A stretch of DNA of 64,000 nt, taken from Atopobium sp. (GTDB lineage: Bacteria; Actinomycetota; Coriobacteriia; Coriobacteriales; Atopobiaceae). The stretch is taken from assembly GCF_034113385.1 (NCBI RefSeq), contig NZ_JAXEXL010000014.1, positions 42,247 to 106,246 on the forward strand. The letters are read 5' to 3'. Position 1 is the stretch's first letter; every line of letters begins with the position of its first letter. Both the position numbers and the translations under genes were made by a program. Of the stretch, positions 1 to 8,774 are shown piece after piece. The notes beneath the pieces are model-generated. The model saw only the letters and a list, made by a program, of their open reading frames with translations, did no database searches and was not told the origin of the DNA.

Positions 1-338
1 GCAAGCACCTTATTACGAGCAACAGAAAGCACGCTATCTGCGGAAGGAGCATTATACTCGCCCTTATCATTCTTGGCAGCAGTAAGGGAGGTAGTTGCCT
101 CAATTGCATCACGAGCAGTAATCTTCTCAGTCTTACCCTCATAGGTCATGGTACCTACGGTGGTATCCAAGTCCTTCTCGGTCAACGTAGTCTTACCACT
201 GGCAGAACCGATAGAACCAAAAGCAAAGTGACCAACTACGCCACCAAGTACAAGAGCAATTACAATTGCAATGACGCACACTGGCATAGAAACAGATTTC
301 TTTGCAAGTGCAGGAGTCTTCTTTTCAAGCTCTGTCAT
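1..338 (-). CDS. N-terminal part of a membrane-anchored protein; the 3' end runs off the left edge
   Basis: Hand translation of the minus strand from the ATG at 338 gives MTELEKKTPALAKKSVSMPVCVIAIVIALVLGGVVGHFAFGS... This is a short charged head plus one TM helix, and the frame stays open to position 1. It is absent from the ORF track because it is truncated. Confidence 0.5.
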   Translation of the reverse strand, partial: MTELEKKTPALAKKSVSMPVCVIAIVIALVLGGVVGHFAFGSIGSASGKTTLTEKDLDTTVGTMTYEGKTEKITARDAIEATTSLTAAKNDKGEYNAPSADSVLSVARNKVL

Positions 339-458
339 ACACATACCTTTCATTAGAACTCGTGCATAGAGATGTTACTCAGTGCATAAGCCTAACACGA
401 TAGCTACACTGTGTTGTGTAGCTCCAATGAACATCTATCTATCGAGAATAACCTCTAT

Positions 459-1151
459 TTAATCCTCTTTAGGCTTAAGCTTACCTGTCTTTTTCTTTGT
501 ATCAGCCTTAGGAGATTTTGCATTTTTGCCGGTAGATTTACCTGAGGCAGCTGCAGACTTGGTAGTTTTAGCAGCTTTTGCGGGCGTTCGCTTTGCAGCA
601 TCAATAATATTTTCCGAGAAGGACTGGATGTAGCCACGAGCAGATTGTGCATCAAATGACACGCGGTCTATAAGAGCGCTGCGCACATCATCTGCAAGCT
701 CTCCCTGAGCAAACTCAAGCAAGCAGGTCAACATGTCACGATACTCTGCGTCTCCATGAAAACACTGAATGGCCTCATCCAACAAGGGCCATGCTTTCTG
801 AGAGCGCTCTGCAGAAGTTGCACCCACACGCGTAAGCATACGAAAAGCGGAAAGACGCACGGTAGAAGATGCTTCGTCAAATAAAGACTCCTCGGCACCA
901 GCAAAAGCACCGGCTACCTCATCAGGATTCTGAGCACATAGGATGGATAAGGCATCCAACACCTCCCAGCGGGTTTGCGCCTCTGGAACGTGTAAGGCTT
1001 CTACGAGCACGTCCACGTGCCTAGACACAGCAGAGCTATCCTGCCTTGTAGCTGTAGCCAATGCATGAGCTGCTTCCTGACGCTCGCGGCGCACAGAACC
1101 AGAAAGCGTAGCAACAAGCTGCTCAATCTGCTCGGACGAAACATTAGACAT
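459..1151 (-). CDS. Hypothetical alpha-helical (HEAT/armadillo-like) protein with a Lys-rich C-terminal tail
   Basis: 230-aa ORF with repetitive helical segments (VDVLVEALHVPEAQTRWEVLDALSILCAQNPDEV). The tail KRTPAKAAKTTKSAAASGKSTGKNAKSPKADTKKKTGKLKPKED looks nucleic-acid binding. It is co-oriented with the NYN gene and lies 65 bp downstream of it. Confidence 0.6.
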   Translation of the reverse strand: MSNVSSEQIEQLVATLSGSVRRERQEAAHALATATRQDSSAVSRHVDVLVEALHVPEAQTRWEVLDALSILCAQNPDEVAGAFAGAEESLFDEASSTVRLSAFRMLTRVGATSAERSQKAWPLLDEAIQCFHGDAEYRDMLTCLLEFAQGELADDVRSALIDRVSFDAQSARGYIQSFSENIIDAAKRTPAKAAKTTKSAAASGKSTGKNAKSPKADTKKKTGKLKPKED

Positions 1152-1215
1152 ACAAATCCCCTTACAAGCTTATATCCAGCATCACCATGGGTAGGCTGCC
1201 CTACGTGCACGCGTC

Positions 1216-1992
1216 CTACTCGCAAAAACCGTCTATGACAGCTGTCCCACTCTTTTGGTCGGTATGAATTTTAATAAAACCATAAGAGCTTGCCTCATTA
1301 AGAAGTTTGGTAAAACTACGATATCCATAACTGCGCTCCGAGAATTGCGGGCGCTTACGACGCATAGTGCTCTTAAGTTGCGATGCAAAAATAGCAGAAT
1401 CACTTTCTGACTGCACGGCATCAATAGTCTCAAATAACAGCTGATAGCACTCGTGTTTCTCGGCAGGAACCTTAGCGGTAAAATCAGGAATGCGCCCTGC
1501 ACTCATAATATCCTCGTAGTATATGAACTCATCGCAGTTTTCTGCCAATAATGAGCTGGTAGAAGCCTTCATACCTACGCCAATTACCTGCTTGCCAAAC
1601 TCTTTAAGTTTAGACACCAATGGAGAAAAGTCCGAGTCGCCCGATAAAATAGCAAACGTGTCAATATGCTCACGGTTTAGGCACATCTCTACGGCATCCA
1701 CAGCCAAACGAATATCTGCAGAGTTTTTGCCGGTATACGCACGATCAGGAATCTCGATAAGTTCAATGCCGAGTTCATGCAAGGGTGTTATGGCAGTATC
1801 AAAGCGCTGCCAATCACAGTAGGCGCGCTTCACCACAATCCTGCCCTTATCAACCAAGCGCTCGAAAATACGCTTAACCTCGGGAGCAGGACCGGGTTCC
1901 TGATGGCCGTTACGCTTACGTTTACCTGTACCAAGCGCTAGGTTTTCATAATCAATAAACACAGCCATAGAGCTTTGAGTTACATCATTCAC
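1216..1992 (-). CDS. NYN/LabA-like (PIN-fold) domain protein with a C-terminal OST-HTH/LOTUS domain
   Basis: AVFIDYENL, AYCDW and ILSGDSDFSPLVSKLKEFGKQVIGVG are LabA/NYN signatures. The C-terminal segment LKSTMRRKRPQFSERSYGYRSFTKLLNEA resembles OST-HTH. Confidence 0.8.
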   Translation of the reverse strand: MNDVTQSSMAVFIDYENLALGTGKRKRNGHQEPGPAPEVKRIFERLVDKGRIVVKRAYCDWQRFDTAITPLHELGIELIEIPDRAYTGKNSADIRLAVDAVEMCLNREHIDTFAILSGDSDFSPLVSKLKEFGKQVIGVGMKASTSSLLAENCDEFIYYEDIMSAGRIPDFTAKVPAEKHECYQLLFETIDAVQSESDSAIFASQLKSTMRRKRPQFSERSYGYRSFTKLLNEASSYGFIKIHTDQKSGTAVIDGFCE

Positions 1993-2000
1993 AAAAAGGC

Positions 2001-2492
2001 TTATCCTTTCTTAGAGGTTTGAGCGTCATGAGCATTGCTATGAGTAGGTTGCTGCACGCTCATAAGTTCAGGCTCGGGGCCCTTACCCTCTTTCCACTCA
2101 CGCCGTGCTTTTCTGCGAGCATCCGCATGAGCATCCTGTGCTGCAGCTACATGACGCTTATTAGTATTAAAAAACTTGTCCACAAATTTCCAGGGACCGA
2201 TGGACTCCCCAAAGGCAATCTTAAAACCAGCCATACCTCCAGCAATCATGCCAAAAGTAAAAGCAGCCAAGGTAGTCCATCCCGTTGCCCATACAATACC
2301 AGACAGCGCAATGCCCGCCACAAACCATGCAATGTTTGCCAAGAGGTAATCCCGGCGAGTAACCAGCTTGTAGCCATATGACTCAGCAAGGTGCTCACCT
2401 AAAACCGTGCCAAAAACAAAGAGCACTAAGGCAACTATGGCAACACCAAAACTGATATTGCTACCTGCGGCCTGCTGTAAAGAATCGCCCAC
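2001..2492 (-). CDS. Small integral membrane protein (3-4 TM) with a basic C-terminal tail
   Basis: 163-aa ORF with hydrophobic segments (FGVAIVALVLFVFGTVL, IAWFVAGIALSGIVWA, LAAFTFGMIAGGMAGF). No family was recognised. Confidence 0.6.
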   Translation of the reverse strand: MGDSLQQAAGSNISFGVAIVALVLFVFGTVLGEHLAESYGYKLVTRRDYLLANIAWFVAGIALSGIVWATGWTTLAAFTFGMIAGGMAGFKIAFGESIGPWKFVDKFFNTNKRHVAAAQDAHADARRKARREWKEGKGPEPELMSVQQPTHSNAHDAQTSKKG

Positions 2493-2503
2493 GTTACAAA
2501 CTC

Positions 2504-3559
2504 CTAGTGATGGTGGTGATGACAGTGTGTCCCCTGTGCATGCTCGTGATTACAGCCACATTCATGACCTGCATCGTGATTATGCTCATGGGCATGACCA
2601 CAGCCACATTCCTCATGGGGATTATCTTCATCCACTATATCTAAGACAGACCAATCCAAGCCAGCGGCAGCGGCTTGTGCTTCTTCTGCATACAGTAAGG
2701 CAAGTGCCTGTGTGCCCAAACGAGCACCGTTAATCTGACAAAGAAGATCATACAAGGTGTAGGCAGTCTCTACCCCAGGAAGAGCAAGGTCCATATCCTG
2801 ACCTTCTGCCAAAGCCAAAGAAAGATCTTTACGCATGTGCTCATTAAAGAACCCAGGACGATAATCACCCTTGGCGGCCTTAGGACCAAGCTCAGTAAGC
2901 GCACGAGAAGAACCCATGCCGCTGCCAACCATTTGTAGCACTTGAGATGCATCTAAGCCGCTCTGCTGAGCCAGTGCCAAAGCATCTGCCATACCAACCA
3001 TGCACGAAGCAAGGGACACCTGATTACATAGCTTTGCAGCTTGACCCTTGCCAGCACCGCCAAAATAAAAAATCTTATTGGTAAAGGTTTTTAGAACGGG
3101 TGCTACAAAAGCAGCATCTGCCTCAGAAATACCTGCAATAGCAGTAAGCGTACCAGCTTCTGCACCAGCCTGGCCACCAGTAACAGGACAGTCAAAAGCA
3201 TGCATACCTAACACTTCTGCTGCATCATGAATATCGCGAGCCAAGCCAGGAGCAGAGGTGGTAAGATCCACCAACCATGCGCCTTGTTGAGCAACTTTGA
3301 GCAAACCATCATTTGCTAGATACACATCTTCTACGTCAGTGGGATACCCAAGCATGGTAAAGACTACATCCGCCTTAGCAGCAGCTTCTGCAAAAGAAGA
3401 TGCCCACGTAGCACCACGGTCGATCAGACCTTGTGCTTTGTCCTTACTACGGTTATACACAGTCAGGCTATACCCTGCATCCAGAATATGACCTGCAATA
3501 GGCGCGCCCATAATTCCAGTACCAATAAAAGCAACATGCTCAATCTTTGAATGTGCCAT
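2504..3559 (-). CDS. NAD(P)-dependent beta-hydroxyacid dehydrogenase (3-hydroxyisobutyrate/6-phosphogluconate dehydrogenase-like) with a His/Cys-rich C-terminal tail
   Basis: The Rossmann motif VAFIGTGIMGAPIAGHIL follows MAHSK directly. The ATG at 3559 is preferred over the track start at 3655. The C-terminus is DEDNPHEECGCGHAHEHNHDAGHECGCNHEHAQGTHCHHHHH. Confidence 0.85.
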   Translation of the reverse strand: MAHSKIEHVAFIGTGIMGAPIAGHILDAGYSLTVYNRSKDKAQGLIDRGATWASSFAEAAAKADVVFTMLGYPTDVEDVYLANDGLLKVAQQGAWLVDLTTSAPGLARDIHDAAEVLGMHAFDCPVTGGQAGAEAGTLTAIAGISEADAAFVAPVLKTFTNKIFYFGGAGKGQAAKLCNQVSLASCMVGMADALALAQQSGLDASQVLQMVGSGMGSSRALTELGPKAAKGDYRPGFFNEHMRKDLSLALAEGQDMDLALPGVETAYTLYDLLCQINGARLGTQALALLYAEEAQAAAAGLDWSVLDIVDEDNPHEECGCGHAHEHNHDAGHECGCNHEHAQGTHCHHHHH

Positions 3560-3661
3560 ATACCTGCTCTTCTCTACCAATGCATGCTCGTAGCTACTCC
3601 GCCAACAGTATGAGCAATGCTTACTCCACAATGACTGGTTGCGAGTATCTACCAACCAACG

Positions 3662-4666
3662 TTACTTTGAGTTCTTAATCTTGCGCGCAATACGATCTGT
3701 CAGTGAGATCTTCTCGCGGCGATCCCCACCCCAAAAAACAAGTGCCACCATGCCTGGCCCCACATGAGAACCAATAACAGGGCCAATTTGACTACGAATA
3801 ATTACTACATCTTCGCAGCCAGGCTCCTTGCGGATTTCCTTCTCGAGCCAATCGCCGTCCTTCTCGGAATCCGAGGTAGCAATAGCAATGGGGAGTGAAG
3901 AATCATGTGAGTAGTTTTCTTTAAAATCCTTAATGATGGCGCGCAAGGCTTTTTTACGACCACGACACATGCCGCGTAGCGTCAAAGAACCGTTGAGGTC
4001 ATAAGAAAGCTCAGGCTTAATATCCAGCTTGCCACCCACCTGAGCTGCAGCCGGAGGAATACGACCACCAGCAGCCAAGGCACTAAAACTATCCAGCGTA
4101 AAATAGCCTTGAATAAAATAGCGAGCGTCACAAGCCCAGTCATACAACTCACGAGCAGAAAGACCATTGCCTGCCAGACGCACTACCTCAATAGACAAGA
4201 GCTCTGCTGCAGCAGATGGACACAAGTTATCCAACACGTATAGCTCAAAGTCTGGATAGTTCTCTTTAACCATAGCGGCGGCCTGCCGCGCAGCATCAAT
4301 GCTGGACGACAGACCACCAGTTAGTCCCATATACAGCGTTGGCAGACCATTTTGAGCTGCCTTAGTAAACACTTCCAAGTAGCGTCCAGGCGTTACGGCC
4401 GAAGTTGTTGCGCGAGCTCCTTTACGCATGCGGTCATAAAACTCATGGGCCGTCATAGACTTCCAGCTACCGTCAAAGTGCTCGACACCATCTATAACGT
4501 AGGGAAACTCAATAACCTCTACACCCAATTGGTTGACTACATCAGGATCAAAGTCTGCACACGAATCTACAATGATGTGACAGGTCCTATGCGCATGGAA
4601 ACGCTCAATATCATCACCCGCCAAGTCCATAATGGAGCCGGACGATGCCTCGGAAGAACTACTCAT
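3662..4666 (-). CDS. DegV family fatty-acid-binding protein
   Basis: IIVDSCADFDPDVV..GVEVIEFPYVIDGVEH and the overall 330-aa length are typical of DegV/EDD-fold proteins. Confidence 0.8.
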   Translation of the reverse strand: MSSSSEASSGSIMDLAGDDIERFHAHRTCHIIVDSCADFDPDVVNQLGVEVIEFPYVIDGVEHFDGSWKSMTAHEFYDRMRKGARATTSAVTPGRYLEVFTKAAQNGLPTLYMGLTGGLSSSIDAARQAAAMVKENYPDFELYVLDNLCPSAAAELLSIEVVRLAGNGLSARELYDWACDARYFIQGYFTLDSFSALAAGGRIPPAAAQVGGKLDIKPELSYDLNGSLTLRGMCRGRKKALRAIIKDFKENYSHDSSLPIAIATSDSEKDGDWLEKEIRKEPGCEDVVIIRSQIGPVIGSHVGPGMVALVFWGGDRREKISLTDRIARKIKNSK

Positions 4667-5231
4667 TTACATCCTCAATCTTAGGCTTAATAATGCCGTA
4701 TCCGCCATTATGACGACGATACACCACGTTGATAAGACCTGTAGTTGCATTCTCAAAAACATAGAAATCATGACCGATAAGGTCAGTTTGCACCAATGCC
4801 TCTTCTTCAGTCATAGGAGACAAATCAATGACCTTCTCGCGAACTAGCTCATCATCCTCAGGTTCCAGCAGCTCCGATAAATCAGAAACCTGAGGCTCTA
4901 CATTAGGAGCAGCAGTGCGCTGACGACGATCAATGACGCGCGTCTTATACTTGCGAAGTTGACGGGCAACCTTATTTGCAGCCTCATCAACTGCAACATA
5001 CATATCGGTAGATGAAGCTACCACGCGCACGACGTTATCACGAACAAAAACTGTTACTTCTACCGATTGGGAATTGGGATTAGAAGGATTTTTATCTACA
5101 CGCAAAACAACGTCACAAGACATTGGAGAAATATCAAAAACCTTAAGGGCATCACCAATCTTTTCTACTACTGCTTCATGTAAAGCATCAGTAACCGTGG
5201 TCTTACGCCCAGATACCTTGATATCGACCAT
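4659..5231 (-). CDS. hpf: Ribosome hibernation promoting factor, long form
   Basis: 190 aa. The N-terminal S30AE-type region reads MVDIKVSGRKTTVTDALHEAVVEKIGDALKVFD. The C-terminal dimerisation domain reads HDFYVFENATTGLINVVYRRHNGGYGII. Confidence 0.9.
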   Translation of the reverse strand: MVDIKVSGRKTTVTDALHEAVVEKIGDALKVFDISPMSCDVVLRVDKNPSNPNSQSVEVTVFVRDNVVRVVASSTDMYVAVDEAANKVARQLRKYKTRVIDRRQRTAAPNVEPQVSDLSELLEPEDDELVREKVIDLSPMTEEEALVQTDLIGHDFYVFENATTGLINVVYRRHNGGYGIIKPKIEDVNE

Positions 5232-5462
5232 AATGTACCTCCTTGCTTGTAAAAAATGCTTACTCGGATGTAAGCATCTTCTTACTTGAGACGTACCCTA
5301 AATATGTGTTGATGTTTCACCTATTTTGGCATAAATACGCCTACGGACCCTATCGGTATGCGACAGGCATATTTGGTACAATTTAGTATACGTTAGTATA
5401 CATTGACACACGTACCGTTTTTATAGCGCAGTTTTTACACCGTCTTGTTAGGAAAAGCTCTT

Positions 5463-6581
5463 ATGGTACCCAATCCTTTTAAACCTACTGCTGGCAAACG
5501 ACCTCCTGTGCTAATTGGCCGCGATGCCATGATTGAAGATTTTGAAGAAGGGCTCGATAACGGCGCTGGTGCACCCGGCCGGCTGATGCTGCTCACTGGC
5601 AACCGTGGTTGTGGCAAGACGGTGCTCCTTCGTGAACTGCAGCATATTGCACTGGAACGAGGATGGAAGGTGATTTCTGATACGGCCTCACCTGGCCTCT
5701 GTAACCGCTTAGCGGAAGCGCTCAGGAGCAGCAAACCACGTGTCACCGCAATGGAGATTGGTCCGAGTTTTGGTCGCCTCTCGGTTGAGGCGGCACGAGC
5801 CAAAGGCGAAACGTTACGTGAGTTGGTAAACACCCGACTTGCCTCCATGGCTTCGGGCAAAGGATTGCTTATCACGATTGATGAGGCACAGGCATCCTCT
5901 ATCGAGGAACTTGCAACACTTGCCGTACTCTATCAGCAGATTCTTGGCGACCAAGAAGCAACGGGCCTTCCTGACGATAAACAGCGGGGCCTCGCCCTTG
6001 TGTTTGCTGCTCTACCCAGCATGGTGGACGACCTACTTGAAGAGAACAGCATAACGTTTTTACGCCGTGCTCAGCAGCGAACACTTGGCATGGTGCCGCA
6101 ACCAGAGGTGCGCGATGCGTATCGCCAAACCATCAAAGCATCTGGTTTGGAAATTGCATATGAGGTTGCCGAGTATGCAGCTCAAAAAAGCATGGGACAT
6201 CCCTACATGGTTCAGCTAGTGGGATACTACATGTGGCGCGCAGCAGCACGGCGCAAAGCCTCAGCAATTACATTCAGCGATGTTGAACTTGGTTATAAAG
6301 ATGCAGTGTCAGAGTTTTTTGAGGCTGTTGACGCACCGCTTTACTACAGCTTACGCAGCCCTCAACGCCTATTTATTGAGGCAATGGCACACGACGGACA
6401 AAAGCCATCTCAAATGGCAGACATCGTCAAACGCTGCAAGCATACACAAAGCTGGGCAAGCAAATACCGCGCCAGCTTAATACGCGAACGCGTCATTGAG
6501 CCGGCAGGCTATGGGCTGGTGCGCTTTGCCGTACCTTTACTGGACGAGTACATTCGCGAGAAAATCTTCTGGCACGACTAA
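5463..6581 (+). CDS. AAA/STAND-like ATP-binding protein (Arch_ATPase/AAA_16-like)
   Basis: NPFKP..PPVLIGRD lies at the N-terminus, Walker A is LTGNRGCGKT and Walker B is LLITIDEAQ. The ATG at 5463 with AGGAAAAG upstream is preferred over the TTG at 5445. Confidence 0.75.
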   Translation: MVPNPFKPTAGKRPPVLIGRDAMIEDFEEGLDNGAGAPGRLMLLTGNRGCGKTVLLRELQHIALERGWKVISDTASPGLCNRLAEALRSSKPRVTAMEIGPSFGRLSVEAARAKGETLRELVNTRLASMASGKGLLITIDEAQASSIEELATLAVLYQQILGDQEATGLPDDKQRGLALVFAALPSMVDDLLEENSITFLRRAQQRTLGMVPQPEVRDAYRQTIKASGLEIAYEVAEYAAQKSMGHPYMVQLVGYYMWRAAARRKASAITFSDVELGYKDAVSEFFEAVDAPLYYSLRSPQRLFIEAMAHDGQKPSQMADIVKRCKHTQSWASKYRASLIRERVIEPAGYGLVRFAVPLLDEYIREKIFWHD

Positions 6582-6657
6582 AACAAGACATACCCGCGCG
6601 AGCGCAAAAGCAAGTTCCTAAAACGGCACAAGGCGCTATTTTTGTTAAACCAACATG

Positions 6658-7641
6658 CTACAGAATTGCCGCATTGGAACCAGCACTTGAACCGTTATTC
6701 TCACCAGAGTTTGTAATGGTATCCGTAGGTGAAGTATTTGTATTTGTGCTGGTAGTTGTTTTATTTACGTTAAGAAAAATATCGCTGATTTTGGTTTGGT
6801 CAGAAAGCGAAGGCATGCTGCCAACCCAACGCGTATGTATGAGCTTTTGCAAGCCCTTATCGGCAACCGTTTTGTAAGCTGTATCCAAGGCACCCATAAG
6901 CTCAGTGTTAGAGCTAAGAACCGCAACGCCCATGAAGGAGGGGCTATCAATAGTGCCTGCAAACGCTACATTGGAATACTTGTGAGCTAATGCTGAGCCT
7001 GGACGAACATCGCACAAAACGTACGCTACTTCATCCTTTTGGAGACCTTCAAAAGCCTCGTTAAGGCTCTGATACTCTTGTGTTATCACTTTAAGAGAAG
7101 ATTCCTCAAGCATGGTTTGAGTAGCCGAGCCACTTTGTACACCAACTTTTTTACCAGAGATGTCTGTTGCTTTTGCTACAGTACCCTCACCCTTGGTAAA
7201 GAAACCCGTTGCAGAAGCGGTATACGCACCCACTACACTCACATCTGAAGAGGTATCATGGGCACCTACGTTCATGACAATATCGCAATCTTGACCAAGC
7301 GCATCTGTGCTAGCAACACTCACAAATTTGACTTGCAGGCCCAAGTGCTCAGCCAACGCAGATGCCAAATCAATATCAATACCTTGATATGCCGCATCCC
7401 CCGTAGCAGTAGCATAGGGAGCCGTGGTGCTTGCTGCAGTTAATCCAACAGTAAGCGTTTTTGGAGTTACCAAAGACGTATCTGACACGCGAGGAGTCAA
7501 TGCACTAACCTGCGCTTGGTAGGCATCGGTTACGGATGTTTGCGTAACCTGACCTACAAGAGGAATGGAACAACCAGTTAAACCAGTTGCACAGAGAGCA
7601 ACAAGCGATGCAGCAAACACGGAGCGCAGCTTTGTATACAT
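6658..7641 (-). CDS. Family-3 (amino-acid type) ABC substrate-binding lipoprotein, orphan
   Basis: The signal peptide plus lipobox is LVALCATGLTGCS. The core is SBP_bac_3-like, with a Thr/Asn/Ser-rich C-terminal tail. No cognate permease or ATPase lies adjacent. Confidence 0.75.
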   Translation of the reverse strand: MYTKLRSVFAASLVALCATGLTGCSIPLVGQVTQTSVTDAYQAQVSALTPRVSDTSLVTPKTLTVGLTAASTTAPYATATGDAAYQGIDIDLASALAEHLGLQVKFVSVASTDALGQDCDIVMNVGAHDTSSDVSVVGAYTASATGFFTKGEGTVAKATDISGKKVGVQSGSATQTMLEESSLKVITQEYQSLNEAFEGLQKDEVAYVLCDVRPGSALAHKYSNVAFAGTIDSPSFMGVAVLSSNTELMGALDTAYKTVADKGLQKLIHTRWVGSMPSLSDQTKISDIFLNVNKTTTSTNTNTSPTDTITNSGENNGSSAGSNAAIL

Positions 7642-7952
7642 TGCAAAAATCCTTACGTATTCGTTTAATCAGTTGTCTCCCACCAGCTGACCTGGTATTT
7701 GACCCCACACTCGCATACTGGAGCGTTTGCGCGCATGCCACAGCATGGTTACTACTAACTCTCTCGCCCGCGAGACGGTATGCCTCTTACATAGTACGGA
7801 CGGTACGACTTACTTCTAGGACGAGCCATGCTCGCTTGAGTGCGCACACCCAAACTTACGTGGATCCTTTTGACCTCGTCTGCCTTGGACTAAGGTGCCC
7901 TATGGCACCCGCAACCACAGCCTGGTGAAAGACCAGCACATTATACCAGCAG

Positions 7953-8708
7953 CTACCATACTCTTGAAAAGCCGCATCCAATAACCTGATTAATTCCTGC
8001 AGATTTGAGTGCCTGCGCACACGCACACATACTTGAGCCGGTAGTTACAACATCATCCACAAGCAACACATTGGCGGCACGTACATCACCAATAAGCTCT
8101 ATGGTACCTGCAAGGTTTGCGGCACGCTGAGTTTTGTTAAGCTTTCTTTGGTCGTCTGCCTCATGACGAACTAACACATCTACCAGCGGAATATCTATAA
8201 AAGAACTCAATGCGCGGGCGACAAGCTCCATATGATCAAAGCCACGCCGCACAAAGGCTGTATGGGTAGCCGGCACAAACATCACCGCATCAAGCGCTGC
8301 TAGATTGATATGTTTCCACCCCTGCGCTTCATCCAACGCAGTTGCCATTGCTGCAGCCATAACGGCCGCTAGCCGTGTCTCGTGCTCATCCTTAAGCGCA
8401 GTTACCATATGCGCACACGTTCCCATAAATGAAGTAGCACAAACCACGCCGTCCAGCGCTTCCCAATTATGATTACACGAAGAACAAGTAAGCCAGCCAA
8501 AAGGCGCGCCACAATCTAAACACGCCCATCTCTGATTTATCCACGCAAGGGTTTCTCGACAATGCGCGCAAAGAAGTTCGCCTTGAGCATTGCAGCCAAT
8601 ACAGCGAGTTGGCCACAGAAGCTCACTCGTGGCTGCCATACATGACGAGAAAAGCGATGCTCGTTGCCCTGATGTTTGAACTGGTGCTTGAGTTGCTATA
8701 AACGACAT
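7953..8708 (-). CDS. comFC: ComF family protein (double zinc ribbon plus phosphoribosyltransferase domain)
   Basis: Cys pairs are CIGCNAQG..CAHC and CLDCGAP..CSSC. The PRTase loop is VLLVDDVVTTGSS. Confidence 0.8.
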   Translation of the reverse strand: MSFIATQAPVQTSGQRASLFSSCMAATSELLWPTRCIGCNAQGELLCAHCRETLAWINQRWACLDCGAPFGWLTCSSCNHNWEALDGVVCATSFMGTCAHMVTALKDEHETRLAAVMAAAMATALDEAQGWKHINLAALDAVMFVPATHTAFVRRGFDHMELVARALSSFIDIPLVDVLVRHEADDQRKLNKTQRAANLAGTIELIGDVRAANVLLVDDVVTTGSSMCACAQALKSAGINQVIGCGFSRVW

Positions 8709-8774
8709 ACGACTCCCTGCTACTATGCAAAGGAGTCGTATGCTTAGTATACGTATTTGCGGTGCGTATATACT

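Noticed and set aside
2504-3655. 383-aa version of the dehydrogenase ORF
   Set aside because: The first 32 codons (MVDTRNQSLWSKHCSYCWRSSYEH...) precede the Rossmann motif, have no family counterpart and are Cys/Trp-rich. The ATG at 3559 is the likely start.
7642-7952. Possibility that the long spacer encodes RNase P RNA, tmRNA, SRP RNA or a T-box
   Set aside because: I looked on both strands for GAGGAAAGTCC (RNase P), a GGGG...TCCACCA frame with a tag ORF (tmRNA), GTCAGGTCCGGAAGGAAGCAGC (SRP domain IV) and GGGTGGTACCGCG (T-box). None is present. The region is kept only as an unassigned structured region.
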